Positions 1-7,967 of a DNA stretch of 64,000 nucleotides are shown in pieces. The position numbers and the translations under genes were made by a program. This DNA comes from an uncultured virus (IMG/VR IMGVR_UViG_3300023176_002901). Its lineage: Duplodnaviria > Heunggongvirae > Uroviricota > Caudoviricetes > Crassvirales. Location: the IMG/VR virus record IMGVR_UViG_3300023176_002901; one strand, given 5' to 3'. Position 1 is the stretch's first letter. Each line of letters begins with the position of its first letter. Under the pieces are notes generated by a model. The model saw only the letters and a list, made by a program, of their open reading frames with translations. It was not told the DNA's origin and ran no database searches.

Positions 1-1156
1 ATGCTGAACTAACAGCACAACGATACCATCCGTTCCCGTAGTCCTCTATTTTAGCGGTAAGGGTGGATGTATTTTGTGAAATTGTGCCGTTTGTTAAATT
101 AAAAAATACGCCACTTGTGGTTACATTGTCCGCACCTACAAAAATATAATTATATCCGCCCGCTTTTGCAAAGACACTAAAACTTTGCGCAGTGCTTGCA
201 GTTGCGCTCCGTAGAGTAAAGTGGTCGTTTGATGAAGTGTCTGCGACTAACAAGTCGGCATCACTATATCCAGCGGGCGAGGTTGTGTTATTTGCAGTAA
301 TTGAACTGCGTACTTTAGTCCATCCAGCATTATCAAATTGCTCCGAGTAAGTCGCAAGGTTCGTCCGTTGTGGCTCAAGCAAAAGAGAAGGGCTATTAGC
401 CCCTCCCGAATAGTCAAGGCGAGGGATGTTAGCAAGAGGTCCTACAGATACAGCAGAGGTGGTTGTTGGGATGTAGTCGGTAGGTACGCCCGTTTCCATC
501 TGAGCGCCCCATACCAGTATGCCGTCGGTTCCGTTTGGCGTAACAGTAATTACGCTATCGGAATCGGTTGGATAAATGTGCATATACCCCGTACCTCCGT
601 TGCCTAAATCGGTGAAACCAATACGCCACCATCCGTTACCCGCGTCGGTTGCAAATCTATTACTAACATTTGGCCCGCTTCCGTTTGTGATTGCCCCAGT
701 TGTTAGGTTTACCCACATTACGGTACCAGTGCTTCCATTCAATGTGTAAAGCGCCGCAAAATTTTTGCCCGCCGCTTTGACGTAAACGCTTTGCCCGTAC
801 TCGACGTTGATCGTGGTAGTGAAAGATTGAATAGCGGCAACAACCACAGCACTTACCGAAGGGTACAAAAGGTCGGCGGTAGTTGTTCCATCGGGCGCGG
901 TTCCAGCGTTGGCGCTTATAATTGCACCCGCCTGCAATGACCAATCGCTACCTTGATTGAATTGCTCGCTATATTTAAATAGATTCGTCCGCACCTTCTC
1001 AATCAACCCATCAGGACCTACGCGGGTGGCAGTATCATTAGAACGTGAGAATGTTAAATCGGCCGATCCGTCATCAGGCACCGAGCTATATACCTTACTG
1101 GTCTTGTAACCAGATGGAACCATAACAACCGATGCATCTTCATAGAAGTTACTCAT
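1..1156 (-). CDS. Tail fibre / receptor-binding-like protein, runs off window start (allele A of the gene seen again at the window end)
   Basis: Hand translation from ATG at 1156 (MSNFYEDASVVMVPSGYK...DLTFSRSNDTATRV...LLLEPQRTNL...) stays open to base 1; paralogous to 61045-62718. Absent from the ORF track because it has no stop codon in the window. Confidence 0.8.
   Translation of the reverse strand, partial: MSNFYEDASVVMVPSGYKTSKVYSSVPDDGSADLTFSRSNDTATRVGPDGLIEKVRTNLFKYSEQFNQGSDWSLQAGAIISANAGTAPDGTTTADLLYPSVSAVVVAAIQSFTTTINVEYGQSVYVKAAGKNFAALYTLNGSTGTVMWVNLTTGAITNGSGPNVSNRFATDAGNGWWRIGFTDLGNGGTGYMHIYPTDSDSVITVTPNGTDGILVWGAQMETGVPTDYIPTTTSAVSVGPLANIPRLDYSGGANSPSLLLEPQRTNLATYSEQFDNAGWTKVRSSITANNTTSPAGYSDADLLVADTSSNDHFTLRSATASTAQSFSVFAKAGGYNYIFVGADNVTTSGVFFNLTNGTISQNTSTLTAKIEDYGNGWYRCAVSSA
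357..630. repeat. Imperfect direct repeat of 63727-64000
   Basis: 274 bp aligned by eye with 5 mismatches (468-470, 538, 550); offset 63,370 bp. Confidence 0.95.
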
Positions 1157-1158
1157 CT

Positions 1159-2745
1159 TTATTCTGCCTTTAGAATTGTCACCGCACTTTCGTATCCAAG
1201 CAAGCCCTCAAACGTACCTCCGTCAGCAATGACGCGGTCGTAGTAGTCTTGTGTCTCAGGGAAGATGGCAATGGGCAACTTAACAACCAAGCCCCCTACT
1301 GAAACCGTTACATAGTCAGCAGCACCCACAAAGACACCACCCAATCCTACGTTACCAAGCTTCCAAGCTGCATTCGTTGAGGTCTCAGGAGAAGCCGTCT
1401 GGATATCTCCGTCTACGTCAAGCTTGGTCTCAGGGGTAGTGGTTCCGATGCCTACGTTGCCAGATGAATCAATGCGCATACGCTCGGCAGATGCGTCCTC
1501 ATCATAAATTGAAAACGCTCCATCGGTCTTACTTGAAATTAACCAATCACGACCAGCAATAGAAGATAATTCAATGTTTGAATCTCCCGTATTTGCTTTA
1601 AATCTTACTCTTGAACTCGTACTATTTACATCAAGAATATAACTTGGGGAGGAGTCACCAATGCCTACATTACCCGAAGAGTCAATGCGTACACGCTCGG
1701 AATACGAGCCACTTACTTTTGTATTGAATAAGATGTCGTTAGCATAGACTTTAAAGTCAAGCGGATTTACTCTTGCGCTATCTAATACTTCAAAGGATAC
1801 ACCATCGGCAACGGGCGTTACCTCTAAGCGAGCATTTGAAGCATCAGCAAGGTTAAATTTTCCAAAAAGACTACTCGTGCCGATGCCTACATTGCCAGAA
1901 GAGTCAATGCGCATCCGCTCGGCGCCTTGAGGAGCAAATAATATATCCCTATTTTCTTTACGAATAGAGATATAATCTCCATCTCCGTCAATCATTAAAA
2001 GTTGTGGCTCAGAAGATGTTGATGTTGTCGTTAATCTTAATTGAGTTGCGCCCGCTGAACTAACATCCAATTTAGCAGCAGGACTACTCGTTCCAATGCC
2101 TACGTTGCCAGAGTTGGCGAATGTCATAACATCAAGACCTTGTCGTCCAATAGTCAAAGTTCCGCTTGAACCAATTGAGTCCAAATACCACATTCGGTTA
2201 GTGTAGGTTGGGTCGCTTGAATCAAAAGCGATTCCCACACGGCCACTTGCACGAACGCCAAGACGAACCGTGTCCGTTCCCTGCTGTGAAAAAATAGAAG
2301 TGTTTGCGGTGCCGCCTATTTGGACATTTCCTACATTATTAGTGGGTACAACTCCAATGCCAACATTCCGAGAGGAGTCAATAAGCATCGCATTGCTTCC
2401 GTCTACATTGAACTCCATAGAAGTTCCTGCCTCACCGTTAGTGGGGTCAGCAGCAAGAACAATCTTTCCGCTCGCCTCCGTGTAGATGCTCGCCAAGCGT
2501 CCGCTCGTGCCAGTGAAATCAATGATTCCACCCGCAGAAGCAGCAGCGCTACCGATAGTGAGCGTGTTTAGGTTAGCATAGTTGTTGGGGGTGATACCCA
2601 CACCAAAGTCACCACTCACAAAGGAAGCGGTGAAGCTGGAGTTGAATCCATTGGTAAACTCACCCGTAGTGGGAGCGCCAGCGCTGGTGCCAATCGTTAC
2701 TACGTTGCCGTAGGTGTTTCTAATTTCTTGACCAGTTAAGTTCAT
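1159..2745 (-). CDS. Tail fibre protein with ERMRIDSSGNVGIG repeats
   Basis: 528 aa, five GNVGIG-type repeats typical of beta-rich phage fibres. Confidence 0.8.
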   Translation of the reverse strand: MNLTGQEIRNTYGNVVTIGTSAGAPTTGEFTNGFNSSFTASFVSGDFGVGITPNNYANLNTLTIGSAAASAGGIIDFTGTSGRLASIYTEASGKIVLAADPTNGEAGTSMEFNVDGSNAMLIDSSRNVGIGVVPTNNVGNVQIGGTANTSIFSQQGTDTVRLGVRASGRVGIAFDSSDPTYTNRMWYLDSIGSSGTLTIGRQGLDVMTFANSGNVGIGTSSPAAKLDVSSAGATQLRLTTTSTSSEPQLLMIDGDGDYISIRKENRDILFAPQGAERMRIDSSGNVGIGTSSLFGKFNLADASNARLEVTPVADGVSFEVLDSARVNPLDFKVYANDILFNTKVSGSYSERVRIDSSGNVGIGDSSPSYILDVNSTSSRVRFKANTGDSNIELSSIAGRDWLISSKTDGAFSIYDEDASAERMRIDSSGNVGIGTTTPETKLDVDGDIQTASPETSTNAAWKLGNVGLGGVFVGAADYVTVSVGGLVVKLPIAIFPETQDYYDRVIADGGTFEGLLGYESAVTILKAE

Positions 2746-2757
2746 GTCTTAATATTT

Positions 2758-2880
2758 TTATGATTCCCAAACATCGTTAGCATCGTCCCATATCTCCGGA
2801 TATGTGCTCCATATAATAGCAATGATGCTGCCGCCAACGGCAACAATCCGCTTATACATCTGTAGTCCTAAGCCTAACAT
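2758..2880 (-). CDS. Small hypothetical protein (MLGLGL..., 40 aa)
   Basis: Hand-read ORF filling the gap between neighbouring genes. Confidence 0.6.
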   Translation of the reverse strand: MLGLGLQMYKRIVAVGGSIIAIIWSTYPEIWDDANDVWES

Positions 2881-2881
2881 C

Positions 2882-3148
2882 TTAAGCGATGTATGCTAGG
2901 ACACTACCACTAACAACAGATACTTCAGAGAACAGCCCATAGATGGCCGTTCCGGCAAGCATAACCTGCCCGCTTAAATCATCTCCAGCCTCGGAGGTCA
3001 TTGATACAACAGAATCTTCAAGAGCATACACGACGCGGTAGTGCTCTCCGGCAGTACTGGTGCCACTCGTTACAATACGACGGAAACCAAACTGACCAAA
3101 TGACGCCAGCTGAAAGTTAGCTGGGTTATTGATGTTCGAATAAGACAT
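2882..3148 (-). CDS. Hypothetical protein, probably structural
   Basis: ORF downstream of the TATCTTTG box at 3194-3201; ATG start chosen at 3148. Confidence 0.7.
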   Translation of the reverse strand: MSYSNINNPANFQLASFGQFGFRRIVTSGTSTAGEHYRVVYALEDSVVSMTSEAGDDLSGQVMLAGTAIYGLFSEVSVVSGSVLAYIA

Positions 3149-3193
3149 AGCCAAATAAAAAGTTAAAAGTTAAAGGTGCAATGCTACGCACCA

Positions 3194-3201
3194 CAAAGAT
3201 A
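3194..3201 (-). promoter_or_regulatory. Bacteroidota -7 promoter box (TATCTTTG)
   Basis: Matches TAnnTTTG, intergenic, oriented to the downstream gene. Confidence 0.7.
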
Positions 3202-3492
3202 TTAATATTTTCCTTTCCTACTTTTGGGGGATGATTGAGTACTACCACCGGGTCCAGCCCATAAGTTTTTACACGCCCAGTACCGCGGCGTTAGTTTGTT
3301 GGTCGCGCTCGAGCACTTGTGACGCGCTCGAAATGACTTACGAGCAGCAGCACTATAGTTGTGCCCATAGCCAGTAGCGCCGAAGTGAATGAGCTTCTCC
3401 TGCCCGTTGGCGCAGGCCTTGACCATCTTCTTCTTGCCAGCGCGGTCCGATTTCGTCGGACGGTTGCAGGCCATCTTACTTTTATTTGCCAC
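3202..3492 (-). CDS. Small basic Cys-containing protein (HFGATGY...RKSFRARHKC...RYWACK)
   Basis: 96 aa, very K/R-rich; function unknown. Confidence 0.8.
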   Translation of the reverse strand: MANKSKMACNRPTKSDRAGKKKMVKACANGQEKLIHFGATGYGHNYSAAARKSFRARHKCSSATNKLTPRYWACKNLWAGPGGSTQSSPKSRKGKY

Positions 3493-3832
3493 GTCTTACT
3501 GGTTTTACACGTTTACCCATACCCACCCGAGACTTCTCAGCCTTCTTCTTGGCGAGCGTTGAGCGAGACATCTCGCCCTTCGTTACTGGGGTCTTTGACG
3601 ACACACGCTTGCTAGGTCGGCAGTATTCATTCTTACCACCCCCGCCGCAGGGCTTACCCGTCCGGGTATCTACCCACTTCTCAGCAGTCCAGCGCTTTAG
3701 GCTCTTTCCCTCCTGCGTCTTACGCACACTGCCGCTAGCCTTGCGACATTTCGCAATAGCCTGACTGGCGCGAGCACTAGGGAATATCTTATACTGCGCC
3801 TTGACCTTAGTATAGCAAGCGTCTTTCGGCAT
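3482..3832 (-). CDS. Small basic protein (KDACYTKVK...LKRWTAEKWVD...YCRPSKRVS)
   Basis: 116 aa, K/R-rich, coupled to neighbours. Confidence 0.8.
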   Translation of the reverse strand: MPKDACYTKVKAQYKIFPSARASQAIAKCRKASGSVRKTQEGKSLKRWTAEKWVDTRTGKPCGGGGKNEYCRPSKRVSSKTPVTKGEMSRSTLAKKKAEKSRVGMGKRVKPVRRGK

Positions 3833-3933
3833 TACTTTTTCTTGCTGTACGGCTTAGACATAGGCTTACCGCCTCTGCTCTTATGCGTACATGGCATGTC
3901 TTTTTTCTTCTTCATGGTACAACCACAACTCAT
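3832..3933 (-). CDS. Basic micro-protein (33 aa, MSCGCTMKKKKD...)
   Basis: Hand-read; TAATG stop/start overlap with the next gene; promoter box at 3951-3958. Confidence 0.6.
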   Translation of the reverse strand: MSCGCTMKKKKDMPCTHKSRGGKPMSKPYSKKK

Positions 3934-3939
3934 ATTAGT

Positions 3940-3958
3940 TAACTTTGGTACAAATATA
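3940..3958. promoter_or_regulatory. Two face-to-face -7 boxes: TAACTTTG (+, 3940-3947) and TATATTTG (-, 3951-3958)
   Basis: Both match TAnnTTTG; each lies 17 nt upstream of an ATG (3965 on +, 3933 on -). Confidence 0.7.
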
Positions 3959-3964
3959 CTTTAA

Positions 3965-4576
3965 ATGAAATATCCCCTTACCACGGCAGAAAAGCGCCTG
4001 AAGGAGAAGGTAGAGAAACGAAAAGCAGCAAAGACACGCCTTCCCCTAACCAAGAAAGAGCGCGTCTACAGACAGGCAGAATACAAAAACGACTTCATGA
4101 AGTACTGGCGCGTAGTACGCCGGTGGCTGATGGTTAAGCACAACCTCAACATAACGGATATCGACATGCTGCTGTTCCTCTTCTCCGAGGGATACTTCAC
4201 CGTTAAGAAGTTCGAGGAGTACCAGACCCTGTTCTCGTGGGACAAGAAACGCCTCAAGCGCCTTATCGACAACGGGTGGATACATATATGGCGCAACCAC
4301 GGCGCCGGAAAGGCACGCCTATACGAGATAACGCCGCACTGCCGCGCCGTCATACAGAACATGTACCGCAAGCTAAACGGTGAGTGTATATCCGAGGATA
4401 TGTACCGCAACCCCATCTTCAGAAACGAGGCCGGATACGCCGACAAGATGCACCGCAACTACATCCTAAAGCTCAACGAGTCTATTCGACAAGGACAACG
4501 TCGCGCTCGAGTATCACGCTATAAACTTCGCCTTCGAGAATCATCGAATGACCAGCAGAACGGTCATACTGAATGA
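3965..4576 (+). CDS. Putative winged-helix DNA-binding regulator
   Basis: 203 aa; MarR-like pattern (LNITDIDMLLFL...LKRLIDNGWI...ARLYEIT); the only clear + strand gene within the - strand block. Confidence 0.55.
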   Translation: MKYPLTTAEKRLKEKVEKRKAAKTRLPLTKKERVYRQAEYKNDFMKYWRVVRRWLMVKHNLNITDIDMLLFLFSEGYFTVKKFEEYQTLFSWDKKRLKRLIDNGWIHIWRNHGAGKARLYEITPHCRAVIQNMYRKLNGECISEDMYRNPIFRNEAGYADKMHRNYILKLNESIRQGQRRARVSRYKLRLRESSNDQQNGHTE

Positions 4577-4736
4577 CATCACCGTCCGCAATAGCCGTCA
4601 CATCCGTGCCTACACGCACCACGTGGGCCCTCTTATAGCGCACATTTAAGTCGTCATCCTGAATCATAAGACCACTGGAGGTGACCTTTTGCTCGTCTAT
4701 TTGCTTGATAATCAGGTATTTACCTATTGCTTTCAT
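4482..4736 (-). CDS. groES: Co-chaperonin GroES
   Basis: MKAIGKYLII...TSSGLMI mobile loop...VVRVG...GDVIQY...ILERDVV. Confidence 0.9.
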   Translation of the reverse strand: MKAIGKYLIIKQIDEQKVTSSGLMIQDDDLNVRYKRAHVVRVGTDVTAIADGDVIQYDRSAGHSMILEGEVYSVILERDVVLVE

Positions 4737-4993
4737 CGTATCTCCCATAAAAAGTCCTCTACCCAGATGGGGGTTCTCTCTCCCATCCACGCGTTGAACG
4801 TATTAAACTCAAGGAACTCGGCGGCCTCTTCTTCGCCCATATCTCTAGCCATGATGGAGATGGCCTTACTGCGTGAGTACACAACGCGGAATGACACCGG
4901 GTCGATACCAATGATGGCGCCGTCTAGTCCGTCGGCGAACAGCAGGCCCTCGTCATCATGCCCGCCGTAGAACTCAACAATCAAGTCCTTCAT
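4733..4993 (-). CDS. Hypothetical acidic protein between groEL and groES
   Basis: 86 aa, 4-nt overlaps with both neighbours. Confidence 0.75.
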   Translation of the reverse strand: MKDLIVEFYGGHDDEGLLFADGLDGAIIGIDPVSFRVVYSRSKAISIMARDMGEEEAAEFLEFNTFNAWMGERTPIWVEDFLWEIR

Positions 4994-6594
4994 TTGTCCT
5001 CGTAGGTTCTAGCCAGCGTAACGATGGCGTTAGTACTCAGTATGGTCGTTGCCACACTCACGGCATTCTTCAGGGCGTTCTTAGTGACCTTCAGTGGGTC
5101 GATGACGCCCATCTTGTACATGTCTCCGTAGACGTTGTTCTTCACATCGTAGCCGTTGTTGTCGTCATCCGACACGTCGAACATAATCTCCGTAGCGTTG
5201 AGGCCGGCATTCTCGAGTATCTGCGTCAGCGGAGCCGATAGGGCATACGCCATTATGGAATACGCGATACGCTCCTCGCTGGAGAGCTCCGGGTTATGTG
5301 ACTGTATGTGGCAGGTGTCCGCCTCGCGCCATAGCGCCAGACCACCGCCGGGGAGTATCCCCTCCTCAAGAGCGGAGCGCACAGCACACACCGCGTCATC
5401 GACGCGGTCAAAAATCTCTTTCTGCTCGACGTCAGAGTTACCACCCACATATATGATACCGATACCTCCCGTCAGGCTAGCAATACGCTGCTTTATGAAG
5501 TCCCTATCACCGCGCTTGGTGGCAGCGTCGTGCGCTTCCCACAGCTCCTTCACTCGTGCGTTGATGTCGTCGCTCTGCCCTTCGTCGCGCACGATTACCG
5601 TGCTGTCCTTGCCGACGATGACCTTAGCGGCGTGGCCGAGGTCTTTCATCGTCACCAAACTTAGGTCATCGCCCATGCTCTCGCTTATGAACCGCCCGCC
5701 TACGCTCACAGCAATGTCACTCATCAGCTCGTGCTGCTTGTATCCGAACTGAGGGGGTGTGATGGTGCACATCTTAAGGCCGTTCTTCACAACGTTCGCC
5801 GCCAGCGTATTACCAACCTGCGTGCTACAGGGGCCTATGATGAGGAGCTTCTTACGGTCCGCCACAATAGGCTTCAGGACCGACTCCACCTGCAAGACGT
5901 TACTAATCTCGTGGTCTGTCAGTAGGATGTACACGTCCTCGAGGATACACTCATCCTTCTTCTGGTTGTTGACGAACAGCTTGTTGTCATAGCCGCGGTC
6001 AATCTTAATACCGTCCGTTACGTCGCAGTATGTGGCCTCGCTCATGCTCTTCTCCACCGTCACGAGCCCATTCTCTCCTACCTTATTGTAGGCCTCCGCT
6101 ATGATACCACCGATGACGGGGTCGTTATTGGCGGAGATGGCCGCCACATCCTTAATCTTACGTGCACCCACCCTACGCGAGCGCTTCTCAAGGGAGCCCA
6201 CCACGTCGTTGGCGATGCGCTGCACCTGCCGGATGACCTCCGTGCTGTTCACCTCGGGGGTGATGAGCGACATACCGCGTACAGCAATGGCCTCCGTCAG
6301 CACAATAGCCGTGGTGGTGCCGTCACCGGCGCTTGTCGCCGTCCTATCGGCGGCCTCCTTCATCATACGAACGGCTAGGTTCTCCACGGGGTCAATAAGG
6401 TCGATGCTCTTGGCAACAGTAACACCATCCTTAGTGACAGTAATCCCGTGGGTATGGTATTGGCTTTCTATCAGCACCGTCTTACCGCGAGGACCGAGGG
6501 TGCTCTTCACCGCCTTGGCGATTGTGGCGATGCCGTTGCCTAATCTGCGACGCGCATCGTCGTCGAACGTAAGGCTCTTTGGTGTGTAGTCCAT
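4990..6594 (-). CDS. groEL: Chaperonin GroEL
   Basis: TLGPRG, TKDGVTVAK, AGDGTTTA, EEGILPGGG and GVIDP motifs; no GGM tail. Confidence 0.97.
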   Translation of the reverse strand: MDYTPKSLTFDDDARRRLGNGIATIAKAVKSTLGPRGKTVLIESQYHTHGITVTKDGVTVAKSIDLIDPVENLAVRMMKEAADRTATSAGDGTTTAIVLTEAIAVRGMSLITPEVNSTEVIRQVQRIANDVVGSLEKRSRRVGARKIKDVAAISANNDPVIGGIIAEAYNKVGENGLVTVEKSMSEATYCDVTDGIKIDRGYDNKLFVNNQKKDECILEDVYILLTDHEISNVLQVESVLKPIVADRKKLLIIGPCSTQVGNTLAANVVKNGLKMCTITPPQFGYKQHELMSDIAVSVGGRFISESMGDDLSLVTMKDLGHAAKVIVGKDSTVIVRDEGQSDDINARVKELWEAHDAATKRGDRDFIKQRIASLTGGIGIIYVGGNSDVEQKEIFDRVDDAVCAVRSALEEGILPGGGLALWREADTCHIQSHNPELSSEERIAYSIMAYALSAPLTQILENAGLNATEIMFDVSDDDNNGYDVKNNVYGDMYKMGVIDPLKVTKNALKNAVSVATTILSTNAIVTLARTYEDK

Positions 6595-6616
6595 AATTTG
6601 ATTTGATTAGCTACCC

Positions 6617-6624
6617 CAAATATA
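6617..6624 (-). promoter_or_regulatory. -7 box (TATATTTG) upstream of groEL
   Basis: TAnnTTTG 22 nt before the ATG; another copy at 6815-6822 precedes the upstream ORF. Confidence 0.7.
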
Positions 6625-6625
6625 C

Positions 6626-6796
6626 TTAAAGGCCGTCGATATACCTAACCAAATCCTTAATGGAATGGTAGAACACCACGCCCCCCATCTCACCGTTGAA
6701 GTAGTCGTTGGAGTGCTCCCTCTTAAAGGCAGCCCACATCTTCGTATAGGGATTGTAGTGAAACAAGTAGTCCTGAAAGTGCTCCGAGTGTGCCAT
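6626..6796 (-). CDS. Small hypothetical protein (MAHSEHFQDYLFHYNPY...)
   Basis: ATG at 6796 follows the promoter box at 6815-6822. Confidence 0.7.
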   Translation of the reverse strand: MAHSEHFQDYLFHYNPYTKMWAAFKREHSNDYFNGEMGGVVFYHSIKDLVRYIDGL

Positions 6797-7065
6797 TGTA
6801 GTAGTATTATACCACAAATATACCATATCGACACAACACGTGTCGCGCGAATGCGCACTTTGTGTCAATATTGGAAATCATAACTGGCTCTTATTGTGTA
6901 AGTTAACTCACTCAATGACAGAAATGTCGTTTTTTGAGGGCTTTTCCCTATCTCTCTATATATATTTTACCTGAGAGATATATTTTTTTTTAATTAACTG
7001 CTCTAAAAATCGACATAAATGGAATATAAGAGATAACTATCTAGTTTCTAATTAGATAGCTAAAA

Positions 7066-7110
7066 CAAAATCGACACAAAATCGACACAAAATCGACACA
7101 GAGTGACACA
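7066..7110. repeat. Tandem 11-bp repeat CAAAATCGACA x3 plus a degenerate copy; origin-like
   Basis: Exact copies at 7066, 7077 and 7088; related copy near 7006; next to an AT-rich tract. Confidence 0.85.
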
Positions 7111-7165
7111 GTGCTGGACTCATAGGACTTATATGGGCATATTGAGTCTAGTAGTAACTCCTATG

Positions 7166-7193
7166 AAAATAGAAAGAGGGGACCGAAGTCCCC
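7166..7193 (-). terminator. Intrinsic terminator candidate
   Basis: GGGGAC-TTCG-GTCCCC hairpin on the - strand followed by a T-rich tract. Confidence 0.6.
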
Positions 7194-7219
7194 CCTAACC
7201 AGCAATCAATCATATCGTA

Positions 7220-7372
7220 TTACTTCATGGAGCGCATAGCCATAGCCTCCATCATAGCCTCAGCAGCCTCCTTCTTCATCTGCGCCATCTTCTTGTGACG
7301 AAGAGCAGACTGAATACCCGTCTCTCCGGGATTAATAGGACTGGAGTCTTGAATCATCTTTACCGTTTTCAT
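7220..7372 (-). CDS. Small Met/Ala-rich hypothetical protein (50 aa)
   Basis: Hand-read; ATGA overlap with the upstream ORF, followed by a terminator. Confidence 0.65.
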   Translation of the reverse strand: MKTVKMIQDSSPINPGETGIQSALRHKKMAQMKKEAAEAMMEAMAMRSMK

Positions 7373-7512
7373 AACCAGAGAAAATTAATACTTAACAAAC
7401 CAACATGCAACTGAAGCTCACTGTAGTCCGTCTCCTCGTCAACACCATAGTAAGCAAAGCCTACCAAGAATCCATTGCGAACACGGTTCTGAACCTGAAT
7501 CATCCACTGCAT
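7369..7512 (-). CDS. Small hypothetical protein (47 aa)
   Basis: Hand-read; TATATTTG box at 7516-7523 directly upstream. Confidence 0.6.
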   Translation of the reverse strand: MQWMIQVQNRVRNGFLVGFAYYGVDEETDYSELQLHVGLLSINFLWL

Positions 7513-7967
7513 ACACAAATATACGAATATCAGATGAGTGTAGTGTTTGGGTTATATGCCAGTATACGCGCCGTGCCCCGCGCCGGAAAGCGATTTTTTT
7601 TTCGAGGGGGGGGTCGCGATTTCAAAATTTCCTTGCGGATTTTTGGCGAATCCGTGTTTAAACATGCATCGACAAGGAATTAGATGTTTAAACAAATAAA
7701 TCGAGCATCGGAAATGCGTGTTCAAACAAACAATAATAAACTGCGCACGGGGGGAGCCGTCCTCCCACCGATAAAGAGAAAGCCGTCTCACCTTAGACTC
7801 TTTTCAACCGACCCGAGGAAAGAGAGGTCGGTTAGCCCCTCCCCCGACCTACATCTCCCTTAATTTCCGACAAACTATACTTTTCTGCGTTTTGTAACTC
7901 GCTGATATTCAGTGAGTTTGAAAGTCAGTTCAGCGTTTCATACGCAAAACTTTTTTAATATGCAATA

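Noticed and set aside
357..630. Diversity-generating retroelement TR/VR pair with 63727-64000
   Set aside because: Mismatches are not adenine-specific, both copies are coding, and no reverse transcriptase is present.
630..1156. Frameshifted pseudogene suggested by the fragmentary ORF track
   Set aside because: Hand translation shows one intact frame from 1156 to the window edge.
7066..7110. CRISPR mini-array
   Set aside because: 11-bp head-to-tail repeats with no spacers and no cas genes.
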